A DNA stretch of 64,000 nt from Laetmonice hystrix (Eukaryota). The stretch is from assembly GCA_965235115.1 (NCBI GenBank), contig OZ249438.1:37262001-37326000 (forward strand), read 5' to 3'. The position numbers and the translations under genes were made by a program. Below, piece by piece: positions 49,784 to 62,520 of the stretch (positions are counted from its first letter, which is position 1; each line of letters starts with the position of its first letter). The notes beneath the pieces are model-generated. The model was not told the origin of the DNA, made no database searches, and saw nothing but the letters and a program-made list of their open reading frames with translations.

Positions 49784-50997
49784 CATCGAGCAGGGCGGGC
49801 TGGACACGGCAGGGGTGGGGGAGACAGAGGGGATACTGGGTCTGTAGGAGGGTGTACGTCGAGCAGGGCGGGCTGGACACGGCAGGGGCGGGGGAGACAG
49901 AGGGGATACTGGGTCTGTAGGAGGGTGTACGCATCGAGCAGGGCGGGCTGGACACGGCAGGGGTGGGGGAGACAGAGGGGATACTGGGTCTGTAGGAGGG
50001 TGTACGTATCGAGCAGGGCGGGCTGGACACGGCAGGGGTGGGGGAGACAGAGGGGATACTGGGCCTGTAGGAGGGTGTACGCATCGAGCAGGGCGGGCTG
50101 GACACGGCAGGGGCGGGGCAGACAGAGGGGGGATACTGGGTCTGTAGGAGGGTGTACGCATCGAGCAGGGCGGGCTGGACACGGCAGGGGCGGGGGAGAC
50201 AGAGAGGATCCTGGGTCTGTAGGAGGGTGTACGCATCGAGCAGGGCGGACTGGACACGGCAGGGGCGGGGCAGACAGAGGGGGATACTGGGTCTGTATAT
50301 AGGAGGGTGTACGCATCGAGCAGGGCGGGCTGGACACGGCAGGGGTGGGGGAGACAGAGGGGATACTGGGTCTGTAGGAGGGTGTACGCATCGAGCAGGG
50401 CGGGCTGGACACGGCAGGGGCGGGGGAGACAGAGGGGATACTGGGTCTGTAGGAGGGTGTACGCATCGAGCAGGGCGGGCTGGACACGGCAGGGGCGGGG
50501 GAGACAGAGGGGATACTGGGTCTGTAGGAGGGTGTACGCATCGAGCAGGGCGGGCTGGACACGGCAGGGGCGGGGCAGACAGAGGGGACAGAGAGGATAC
50601 TGGGTCTGTAGGAGGGTGTACGCATCGAGCAGGGCGGGCTGGACACGGCAGGGGCGGGGCAGACAGAGGGGGATACTGGGCCTGTAGGAGGGTGTACGCA
50701 TCGAGCAGGGCGGGCTGGACACGGCAGGGGCGGGGCAGACAGAGGGGATACTGGGTCTGTAGGAGGGTGTACGCATCGAGCAGGGCGGGATGGACACGGC
50801 AGGGGCGGGGGAGACAGAGGGGGATACTGGGTCTGTAGGAGGGTGTACGGGAGCCTGTCGGGGGGGGGGTGGTCTGGAGTCTGTAGGAGGGTGTACGGGA
50901 GCCTGTCGGGGGGTGGGGGGGGGGTGGGGTGGGGGGGGGGGTCTGGAGTCTGTAGGAGGGTGTACGGGAGCCTGTCGGGGGGGGGGGGGGGGGTCTG
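49784..50997. repeat. G-rich ~75-bp minisatellite (about 14 copies), then derived G-run repeats
   Basis: TCGAGCAGGGCGGGCTGGACACGGCAGGGG... at 49785, 49859, 49934, 50009 and onward. Confidence 0.93.
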
Positions 50998-53117
50998 TAT
51001 CAAGTGATTTTTAAAGAATCATATGTGAACTAGAAGTTGACTTTGTTTTGACACCTTATTAGTTCCACATTGATACACATTCCAACTTGAATAAGAACCC
51101 ACATTTTGATGTTCCGTTTCTCATGATCGTGGTATGGTTACTGCCAGAATGCGGTAAAGCTGAGCTGATGTCTGGCGACAGACAGCATCCGTGACTGGTG
51201 ACTGTCAAACAGAGGCGACAGTCGTACGCCTCATGTATGCCTCTGTGACACATCAAAGTCTACAAGTGAATACCTTCACTAGTGGGAGAGAATTGAAAGG
51301 CATGTATTGAGGAGGCGTACAAAAACTAAAAGACGTGCTGTCAGGATGGTACTGGGCTTTCATCTGTCCGCGAGGCAACATCTGAGGCATGCCGGGAGGA
51401 CGGTCGCCATGGTGACCAGCGGCGTGAATCGGCTCCAGCTGACATGTTTCTGTCCGCCGTGAACGTGCCATACAGCACAGATGTCAGTTTTTATATCAAG
51501 TCTCTCTCCTCTCGGTCTTACAGCTCCTACCTCACGGCTGACGGAGCAACTAACACCAGACGAACGCTCAGAAAGCCCCTAATCCCATCACTGAGCCCTT
51601 CTCAGGTAGAAGAAATCTCTATCTGGTAGGATAAAGGCTAATCTTACAAAGACACAGGAATTCAGTGGATGTTGCACTTACGTAATTCCTTTAGTGTCAT
51701 AAAGATAGGACAAATTTATCTTGAGGTTTAAGTGTTTTTATTTAACAAGTCAACCCGGCACATTATACAGATAGAGATGAAGCAGCTCTTTCAAACAAGG
51801 TGATGTATATTTCTTTATCTACATGCACTGATTATATTTTTTCCACAAGCCGCTGACGCGACAAAATGAATGTTATAGGTGATGACCGTGTCTGTTATTT
51901 GATTTTACCTATTAGATTATACATTGATATCCGAGGATAAAATTGGCATGCCTTTGAGACTCAGGTGGACGGCCTTCCCAACCCGCTTTAAAAACGTCTC
52001 TAAACTCCAGACGATAACCTGATCGGAGGCCTGTCACATTGCAAGTATTTTACCACGGAAACTGATACGTTCGGCGTAAATAGTCGGTCTTGGCTGGAAA
52101 GTAAAGGTCAGGTCAGAAGTGAGCTCATTCTATAAATGGTCCCTCCTCAGCACCGAGTGGCAGGTGTCGTCATTCATCAGAAGGGGCTCCGACCGACGCC
52201 TGCGCTCTCGCGGTTTCCGGTCAGTCCTCAAGCGAGGCGGATCGATGTAGACATTAAAATTGTAAGTTATTCAAAAACTCTGAATCCTGAATGATACAGG
52301 CAGGCGTGGCGGTACGTAGTGTCGACACAGATAGTCCAGTTTGACGACAGGATCCCGTCATTGACATCTTCCGGCATCTGGCCCTTTTATATAATAACCG
52401 AGCCTTGAACATAGGTGACAGAAGTGAGGATACAGGGAGACAGAACCCCCTATTCTTACGGCCTTTGTTGGGGGGGGGGTGGAATATTATTAAGTAGGCC
52501 TTATCTTTGATAATGATAAACTACTTCACGCAAAGTAACCCCCCCCCCCCCGCCTCCATACACATGTATTACCTGCTCTGTCGCAGTTGTTGAATTAAGT
52601 GCTGAACCATGGTAGACGTGATGGTGACGTCACTGAATGGTTTTTGGCGTGCCAGGCGCATGCTTTGATCTTTACCGCTCTGGTTCAGGCCAGGCCCTTA
52701 CACAAACGGAAGCAGCCACTGGCCAAAGTGAAAACTTAAGTGCTGCACCCTGGCGGAGAATGAGCACCGAATGTATGTGCTCTCAGGACTTGGGGTCACA
52801 GCGTGGCATGCATCAAACCTTTGACAAATTCAGGTATAGTAAAATCCTACATTAAACGAAGGCGTTAAGATTATGGTGGGGGGCCCAGGGTTTGGGACAA
52901 GGGTTTTGTAGGAGTCGTTTGGGACTGGGGATAGGGAATAGGATTATGTCCGGGGCTAGGAATGGTGAAAGAGGTTCTACTCCTCCCATAGAGGGTTTAT
53001 TTGCAAAAATGAAAAACAAAAAACCTGTATTATCAAATATACAGTGTGGAAAGTGTACTGTGACCCTTTTATAGCTAGCTAGCTTTTATAGCTGAACCTG
53101 CCCGATGACACCAATAT

Positions 53118-53413
53118 CATTAATCGTGCTGGTATGGCCTGTTATGGTGTAGATCATTAATCGTGCTGGTATGGCCTGTTATGGTGTAGATCATTAATCG
53201 TGCTGGTATGGCCTGTTATGGTGTAGATCATTAATCGTGCTGGTATGGCCTGTTATGGTGTAGATCATTGATCGTGCTGGTATGGCCTGTTATGGTGTAG
53301 ATCATTAATCGTGCTGGTATGGCCTGTTATGGTGTAGATCATTAATCGTGCTGGTATGGCCTGTTATGGTGTAGATCATTAATCGTGCTGGTATGGCCTG
53401 TTATGGTGTAGAT
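53118..53413. repeat. 37-bp tandem repeat, 8 copies
   Basis: CATTAATCGTGCTGGTATGGCCTGTTATGGTGTAGAT. Confidence 0.95.
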
Positions 53414-54087
53414 ACAGTAGGGGCTGAACGCTTGCGAGCTCCACGGTAATAGGCTGAGTAATCGGTCAGACACGTCAACCCAGCCGTCAACATCAGCTTA
53501 TCTTCACGTCATTGTCAGAGTTCAACCCGGAGGTGGAAGTCAGAGAATGGTTTTATTATAACTCCAGGCAAGTATTCAATAGGAACAATAGGAGCAATAT
53601 GGAGAGAGTGCGCCCTCAGCACCCAAGTGATGCATTGGTTCTACAGCATAACGCTACCAACCCCCTACCCTCCCTCGTCGCCCTAACCCACCACCACGAC
53701 TAACTCTCACCGAGGGGTGTGACCAGAGTGGTGGTCACCCTGTCTGCCAGCTTCACCAGTCTCCATGGTAACGACATGTAGTGAAGGGGGAAGGGTCAGC
53801 GGCTGACGTCTTTGCCATTATGGCAGCTTTGAGGAAGATTTAGCCCGATGACATTATAAGTAGGTGATGGTGGCGTGGCGGGTGGCGGCCGTGCCGGTCG
53901 GCCCTCGTTAATGGGTAAACACGTTGAGATGGCCACCCTCTCTCAATGGCTTGTCAACCTTCATGTCATTTGTCAGCAGAGTTACTGCGCCAATGGCGGC
54001 AGGAGAATCGGGGGCCAAGTATACTTACACAACACAACTCCATGTTGAGCAGATTATCAGGACCTGACAGGCGGTGTCTGGGGCTAC

Positions 54088-54560
54088 TTTTACAGGGAGA
54101 ACGGCCTGGTACTGTCCATAGACTCCCCAACATCCGGCGGTAGAGGTCAGGGAGACGTTTTACAGGGAGAACGGCCTGGTACTGTCCATAGACTCCCCAA
54201 CATCCGGCGGTAGCGGCCAGGGAGACGTTTTACAGGGAGAACGGCCTGGTACTGTCCATAGACTCCCCAACATCCAGCGGTAGCGGCCAGGGAGACGTTT
54301 TACAGGGAGAACGGCCTGGTACTGTCCATAGACTCCCCAACATCCAGCGGTAGCGGTCAGGGAGACGTTTTACAGGGAGAACGGCCTGGTACTGTCCATA
54401 GACTCCCCAACATCCAGCGGTAGCGGTCAGGGAGACGTTTTACAGGGAGAACGGCCTGGTACTGTCCATAGACTCCCCAACATCCAGCGGTAGCGGTCAG
54501 GGAGACGTTTTACAGGGAGAACGGCCTGGTACTGTCCATAGACTCCCCAAGCCAGGGAGA
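54088..54560. repeat. 70-bp tandem repeat, about 6.7 copies
   Basis: TTTTACAGGGAGAACGGCCTGGTACTGTCCATAGACTCCCCAACATCC...; period 70 (54091, 54161). Confidence 0.93.
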
Positions 54561-55915
54561 CGTCCCAACAAGTGATGGGCGCCTTTGCTTTTTGCGTTAT
54601 CAGTACAGACCACAAACAAAGAGGGCATTGGCAAAGAAGATGAACTTGTATAATGTACTTAATGAACAGGGGAAGGTCCTTCATGGCAGTGACCCCTCCA
54701 GGGGAATGCCCTTCATGGCAGTAGCTCCCTCCAGGGGAAGGCCCTCCCGTGGCCCCTCGAGGGGAAAGCCCTATATGGCAGTGGTCCCCACCAAACTGGT
54801 TACCACCCTATATTAATTAACCATAACGGCTGCGAGAATCCAGGTATAGCAAGGAGGAAGTCCTGTGTTCCCTGGCTGGGTTCACACCTCTGAGGTCATT
54901 AGGGTCAAACTTCAAGAGTTCATTAACCGTGTGAAGCCGGTTTTACTGTCATTAATAGGAGCTTTGAGTTGTACCTTCATGCTGAGAGTGTTACCATGGA
55001 AATCATCGCTGCGTCGTGTGATGCTGAAACAGGCGTGAAGACTAATATCTAGATAGAATTCTGTAAATCTGTTATTTATTTTTGTGATGTATTTATTTCT
55101 GTCTTACTGTTTCGTTGGTGGTTACGTTTTCTACTTACAAAGTTATGAGGGTGTTACTATTCACCCTCTATCAGGGTCTATAGGCTGTGATTGGGGTGAA
55201 CGTCTGAGACCAAGTGGTCACCAGGGTGCCTTGATTGTGTGTTTAGATCAGATATCTGGCAGTTTCACAAGTTCAGGGGGCCAAGCCTCCCTCTCTCTGT
55301 GTGTATGTGGAGGAAGGTGGGGAGGGGGACCGTTTCACAAGTTGACGATGTAACAGTGTTACCAGGAACGTATATAAACTTTGTCCAGCTAGTATCGGAA
55401 TGTAATTCAAGGTGTCAACATGACCAGACAAAATGCTTATCGAAAGGGTTGCACAGTTTTGCGACGTAAAGACCTGACATATAGATCTACACGTAAAGAA
55501 GGTTAGTCACAGCGGGAGAACCTTTCTGCACATGTACGCTGTCTCAGTACCACTGATGTAAAGAGACCAAAAAGAAAAACAAAAAGTAAAAATAACGAAA
55601 TAAAGAAAAAAGCCTTCCACGTGAGGGGAGAGATGATGTAGATGTTAAGATTGGATGTCGCCATGCACTGACTGCCAACCTCTCGCTCCATGTACGAAGG
55701 TGACGTTTCCTTTCATTCACGCAGCCAAGTTACAGGTGTTGGTGGAGCTCGGTGTATTGTGTTTGCCTGAAGAACCGTCATGTTCTCTTGGCAGAACACG
55801 TGTGTGTCTGCCGTGCTAAAGTCTCAGTGGTTTGATGAATGGAGTGTGGTGGGGTTCTCTGAACGCTCTGACTACATATCCGTGTGAAGACTGGGGCGGG
55901 AGTGTCGTGGAGTGC

Positions 55916-56314
55916 AGTAGAGAGTAATGGAGGGGAGTGGAGGTGGATTGGAGGGAAGTGGAGGGGAGGTGGATTGGAGAGGAGTGGAGGTGGATTGGAG
56001 GGAAGTGGAGGGGAGGTGGATTGGTGGGAAGTGGAGGGGAGGTTGATTGGTGGGAAGTGGAGGGGAGGTGGATTGGAGAGGAGTGGAGGTGGATTGGTGG
56101 GAAGTGGAGTGGAGGTGGATTGGAGAGGAGTGGAGTAGAGGTGGATTGGAGAGGAGTGGAGGTGGATTGGTGGGAAGTGGAGTGGAGGTGGATTGGAGAG
56201 GAGTGGAGTAGAGGTGGATTGGAGAGGAGTGGCGTGGAGGTGGATTGGAGAGTAATGGAGTGGAGAGTAATGGAGTGTAGATGGATTGGAGAGGAGTGGA
56301 GTATAATGGAGTGT
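55916..56314. repeat. G/A-rich low-complexity repeat
   Basis: GGAGGTGGATTGGAGAGGAGT variants. Confidence 0.9.
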
Positions 56315-57282
56315 CCCGTGGCAGACAGACAGACGCTCTGGTCCAGAAGTCAGTCTACCTGTTGATCATGTCCGTGATCACACTTCCACCCATACCTGGG
56401 TGGTGTTTACTGTAGCAGCGTCTCAGTTATCTCACCGCCTTCCCTCCGTGCGACTGGAGCTCCCCCTACCGACCTGACATTAAACGTACCGGAAGTCGAG
56501 GTACTAGGCGTGGTCCCCACTGACGGTGCTCGTCTGCTAACTACAGCCTACATATTCTATGTATACGTCCAATAGCTGGTGTTACATCTAATAGAGACCC
56601 CTATATAATAACTACCCCGAGCATTATTATCTAGATACAAAAACCCCAAGCGGTCAGACCTGATGGGGGTATAACCGGGACTACCTTCGCGTCTGTAACA
56701 CTCCCTGACAGATGTTCATCGTGGTTTGTAGGAGTAAAATAGTTGTACCAAAACTTGAAGAAAGTTTCAGATTATGTTCTTTGGACCTCACAGTAGACAG
56801 GCGAGTAAGTTAAAGATCAGATCAACTTCAATACGAGACAGAGCGCCAAACAACTACAGTCTGTATAGCTATAGTCTTGTAATAACGATGAGAATTCACT
56901 TTTTCTAGTGAATATACAAAACGCGTTAATATAATGGATTTGTCCAAATATGGCCTGGGTTTTTGTTCTTTGTCATTATCTGTTTTCCTCCACGACAAGC
57001 CCATCGTCAAGCCCAACACATCTTACACAGACAGTGAAAGATTTGTTGAATTCAGTGTCATATTGCTTATAATCTAGACGTGTTTTCTTCTTTAAAAAAT
57101 AACATATAAAGGGCGCGAAACATGAGAGATCCTTCCGCATATGTATATATTTCGTTCAGGCTTCAGTTGAGACTGAGTAAAATGGATTGAAGTTAGATTG
57201 TTAGCTGCCAGAATAAACCCTGTTAAATTCCTCCCCTTGGTTGTGAAGGCCCACAGCTGGGGCCGAACCTTGGCAGTGATTG

Positions 57283-57300
57283 GACGCCACCTGGCGGCCA
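57283..57300 (-). promoter_or_regulatory. CTCF-like motif
   Basis: The minus strand reads TGGCCGCCAGGTGGCGTC. Confidence 0.35.
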
Positions 57301-58900
57301 GTGTGGTGTTCACATGGCGACGTTACACGTGACCCAGCCGTGGTGTCCGCACATAGTGAGCCCTTGGCATGCGAACACCCACTGTATCACCCAGAGTGTC
57401 CAGCTTACACAGCTTAGCCAGCCATACTGGCCAGCGTACAGTCACAAAGGTTTTGCTCTCAGCGACTCAACAAGGCTTTATGGGTTTAAATTACCTATAA
57501 TGTTTCACACCAGAGTGCCGTTTTCAGTTACAGAGCTGCATGTCCTTCAAACGCGCAGTGTGTGCCTTTCATCCATCGTGAGAGTGAACAAACTGTTTAT
57601 CGTACATTCCTCAATAATTGCCTCCGTGAGATGATGTGTATGAGAGTCGCCAATGATGGCTTCACCCCGCGTTGAGCTGCGTTGAGCTGCGTTGAGCCGT
57701 GTTGGGTGAGCCTCCGGAAGCGGTTGCATACGGTCCACCACCAGGGGATCTAGACTACCCGGCCCATGCAGCCCGAGGCCGAGATATGCAGCAGGTGTTA
57801 GATTGGCTGCAGTACTCTCTCATATACCATCTATAGAGGCAGGTTGTGTGGGTAAGTGGCCAATTGTCTCCCAATGGGCAATAACCGTGTATCAGCGAGC
57901 TGATACGGCACTCATTCACATTGCCATAAAGAATATCAATTAACTGGTAAATAGATATTGTCTTCCCTTTTATAGGTCATAGCTATAAATATCACAATGA
58001 TTAGGCATCAATTTTCATGGTTCCCCCATCATCATCCAGTGTGCGAAACGCCGGAAAATTTTAAGTCGGCACTTACATATCGTGTTCACGTCTTCAGCCC
58101 TCGATAGCTTTATAATTACAGTCAAACCTCATTAGACCGTGCTTCTTTAGCCCCAACACCTCTCAGTCCGAACACGCTCTCTCCTGACCTCCTCGACATC
58201 GCTCTACCGTTATTTAAGATGATCAGTGAGGCGTAAGTCCATACTTTCAATGGTACCGAGCTCTTACAATAAAACCAACTCGTCATGTCCGCGGCGCCAC
58301 CTATCGGTGGAGGAGTGAACAAGTCAGGCTCAGCCTGCCATTTGCGATGCGGGGCGGGCCACCTCCCACAGGTGTGACGGGCCTTCGTAACCACCAGTCA
58401 TAGATATATTTATTAGTAGCTTAAAGGCTTGGCCTCACATTGAGAACCCGCGGTCTACGGGGTAATAAAGTCTTCAAGATGCCAGGAGATCGAGTAGGCG
58501 TAGTAGGCTACAACCACCCAGCTTGGGGTGAACTGACGGGCTCAAATCCATGCAGTATTCGACCAGTACAACAGCTGAGTTAAACAATAAAAACAGAGAC
58601 CTGGTTTGTCTCGGTCTGTGTGTAATTGGAGTCTGTCTGGTCAGCGTTGTCTCCCATAATTTATAGTCGGGGTGGACTGTCGAACTGAGATGTTTAAAAT
58701 CAAATCTGTACACTGCGAAAGACATTGTGTGAGCATTGTAGATTCCCCCGAAACCTAAATTTGTCTGTTTAAAATGACAAAAGTTAACAGTTGTATTGGT
58801 GGTGCATTTGGGTTTTATCCTGCATGTCCCTCCCATCATTCTGAGGGAGGCCCCCACATACCCCCATACCACCCACACTCACACATACCCAGATTAGGAT

Positions 58901-59297
58901 AACACCCCTGACTGGAGTTGTTAACACCCCTGACTGGAGTTGTTAACACCCCTGACTGGAGTTGTTAACACCCCTGACTGGAGTTGTTAACACCCCTGAC
59001 TGGAGTTGTTAACACCCCTGACTGGAGTTGTTAACACCCCTGACTGGAGTTGTTAACACCCCTGACTGGAGTTGTTAACACCCCTGACTGGAGTTCTTAA
59101 CACCCCTGACTGGAGTTCTTAACACCCCTGACTGGAGTTCTTAACACCCCTGACTGGAGTTGTTAACACCCCTGACTGGAGTTGTTAACACCCCTGACTG
59201 GAGTTGTTAACACCCCTGACTGGAGTTGTTAACACCCCTGACTGGAGTTGTTAACACCCATGACTGGAGTTGTTAACACCCATGACTGGAGTTGTTC
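58901..59297. repeat. 22-bp minisatellite, about 18 copies
   Basis: ACACCCCTGACTGGAGTTGTTA. Confidence 0.96.
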
Positions 59298-59466
59298 ACA
59301 CTGAGAGAGTATTTTTGTTTACCATAACCATTGGCTAGAAGAACGCACCCCCTAACCCCCCCCCCCCACCACCCCACCGCAACCCAACCCACCCCAACCC
59401 ATGCCAACACGACCTGGCAGCGTGACGGCGTGCCACGGGAGCTCGCCTGCTGTGTGTGTACACAGC

Positions 59467-60356
59467 GTGTACGTAGGTAATCCATCTCTGGGAACATGAT
59501 TCCCATACACACGATCTATACAACTCGTTTTAGTCGGGTGAATGTGTCCGTATAACGGTTACACCGATTACAAAAACCGTCTCCGTGTGTACGTGTACGT
59601 GTACGTGTACGTGTACGTGTACGTGTACGTAGGTGATCCATCTCTGAGAACACTATTCTCATACACACGATCTATACAACTCGTTGTAGTCGGGTGAATG
59701 TGTCGGTATAACGGTTACACCGATTACAAAAACCGTCTCCGTGTGTACGTGTACGTGTACGTGTACGTGTACGTGTACGTGTACGTAGGTAATCCATCTC
59801 TGAGAACATGATCCTCATACACACGATCTATACAACTCGTTTTAGTCGAGTGAATGTGTCCGTATAACGGTTACACCGATTACAAAAACCGTCTCCGTGT
59901 GTACGTGTACGTGTACGTGTACGTGTACGTGTACGTAGGTAATCCATCTCTGAGAACATGATTCTCATACACACGATCTATACAACTCGTTATAGTCGAG
60001 TGAATGTGTCCGTATAACGGTTACACCGATTACAAAAACCGTCTCCGTGTGTACGTGTACGTGTACGTGTACGTGTACGTGTACGTGTACGTAGGTGATC
60101 CATCTCTGAGAACACGATCCTCATACACACGATCTATACAACTCGTTTTAGTCGGGTGAATGTGTCCGTAAACGGTTACACCGATTACAAAAACGGTCTC
60201 CGTGTGTACGTGTACGTGTACGTGTACGTGTACGTGTACGTGTACGTAGGTAATCCATCTCTGAGAACATGATCCTCATACACACGATCTATACAACTCG
60301 TTTTACGGGTGACTGTGTCCGTATAACGGTTACACCGATTATAAAAACCGTCTCCG
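59467..60356. repeat. Composite 150-156-bp tandem repeat, about 6 units, each containing (GTGTAC)6-7
   Basis: AGGT(A/G)ATCC starts at 59475, 59631, 59787, 59937, 60093 and 60248. Confidence 0.93.
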
Positions 60357-61328
60357 GAATGATCAATCTCATGAATATCCATCCTTCCAGAATTATCAAT
60401 CTCATGAATATCCATCCTTCCAGACGGTATGCGGTTCGTTAACCGCTCTTTATAACCCTGACTTAATCTAATTAGTATACTATAATATGTGGAATTCGTT
60501 ATTGCATTACTGCGCCTGTTATGTATAGCTATATTCCTCGCCAGTCTAAATTCCGTACGAATTCTTTAGTCAGAGAGCGTGTCTGGCTGTGCTGACATCA
60601 CGGAGAATTCAAATATGGATATGGAACCACCACCGTTTCATCCCATTCAGACAGGCACCGCGGCGCCGTCTACCGGTCCCCATGGGAATCATGTGAGGAG
60701 GCCGTTGGTAGACGATGGTGATACTTTGATCGTGGGACGTGCCGCCGAGTTCTGTCAGCTTTGTGTTAACCTACCGTCACAGTCGTCATGGACGAGAAAC
60801 CTTACTCGGAGTCGGGGGGCGAGAAACCCGAGGCCGAGTCGCTTCAGTCTTGGCTGACATTTAATCCTCTTTCAGGATTAATTAGCAGCCCTTGCTATTC
60901 GTTCACAATTATTTTTCCCCATGATATTGCTTGATGATTCTATGGCCCCTTTCATTAAGAGATAATGTTGAAATAGAATAGCCGTTGTCATTCGTTTAGT
61001 GGAATCTATAATTAAATCACTATGGTAACAGTGAAATAAAACACCTGGCGTTATCAGTGAGTTTTTAAGAATGAAGCTAAACATTGATAAATGTCAACAA
61101 TATCGCTAAATATCTCGGGGGGATGTATTCTAGATTTGATGACGGAATAGTTTTTAAGCGATTGAGGTGAAGCTAGTGCAGAAGTTAGTCAGTGACTTTG
61201 ACAGGTGGTTGTTTACTACCTGTAGTATCTACGTGACATATCCGTATGTGCTTAACTAATCCTACTTTTTACATCGAACAAACGCCAAGCTTTTAATATG
61301 TTTATAGGAAATATCTTCATATAAATTA

Positions 61329-62520
61329 TGAATGTCAATATGATAGGTGGCGTCAATATAAAATTCTGAATGACAATATGATAGGTGGCGTCAATATAAA
61401 ACTCTGAATGTCAATATGATAGGTGGCGTCAGTATAAAACTCTGAATGTCAATATGATAGGTGGCGTCATTATAAAACTCTGAATGTCAATATGATAGGT
61501 GGCGTCAATATAAAACTCTGAATGTCAATATGATAGGTGGCGTCAGTATAAAACTCTGAATGTCAATATGATAGGTGGCGTCATTATAAAACTCTGAATG
61601 TCAATATGATAGGTGGCGTCAATATAAAACTCTGAATGACAATATGATAGGTGGCGTCAATATAAAACTTTGAATGTCAATATGATAGGTGGCGTCAATA
61701 TAAAACTCTGAATGTCAACATAATACTCTGAATGTCAATATGATAGGTGTCGTCAATATAAAACTCTGAATGTCAATATGATAGGTGGCGTCAATATAAA
61801 ACTTTGAATGTCAATATGATAGGTGGCGTCAATATAAAACTCTGAATGTCAATATGATAGGTGGCGTCAATATAAAACTCTGAATGTCAATATGATAGGT
61901 GGCGTCAATATAAAACTCTGAATGTCAATATGATAGGTGGCGTCAATATAAAACTCTGAATGTCAATATGATAGGTGGCGTCAATATAAAACTCTGAATG
62001 ACAATATGATAGGTGGCGTCAATATAAAACTTTGAATGTCAATATGATAGGTGGCGTCAATATAAAACTCTGAATGTCAACATAATACTCTGAATGTCAA
62101 TATGATAGGTGTCGTCAATATAAAACTCTGAATGTCAATATGATAGGTGGCGTCAATATAAAACTTTGAATGTCAATATGATAGGTGGCGTCAATATAAA
62201 ACTCTGAATGTCAATATGATAGGTGGCGTCAATATAAAACTCTCAATGTCAATATGATAGGTGGCGTCAATATAAAACTCTGAATGTCAATATGATAGGT
62301 GGCGTCAATATAAAACTCTGAATGTCAATATGATAGGTGGCGTCAATATAAAACTCTGAATGTCAATATGATAGGTGGCGTCAATATAAAACTGAATGTC
62401 AATATGATAGGTGGCGTCAATATAAAACTCTGAATGTCAATATGATAGGTGGCGTCAATATAAAACTCTGAATGTCAATATGATAGGTGGCGTCAATATA
62501 AAACTCTGAATGTCAATATG
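61329..62520. repeat. 38-bp minisatellite, about 31 copies
   Basis: TGAATGTCAATATGATAGGTGGCGTCAATATAAAACTC. Confidence 0.96.

Noticed and set aside
49556-51003. 400-aa Pro/Cys-rich ORFs
   Set aside because: They are translations of the ~75-bp G-rich minisatellite.
29862-52632. Three perfect CRE sites (TGACGTCA at 29862, 34686 and 52625)
   Set aside because: About one is expected by chance in 64 kb, so three is not persuasive.
28500-62520. Regular arrays as possible CRISPR loci
   Set aside because: The units are head-to-tail with no unique spacers, there are no cas genes, and the context is a eukaryotic intron.
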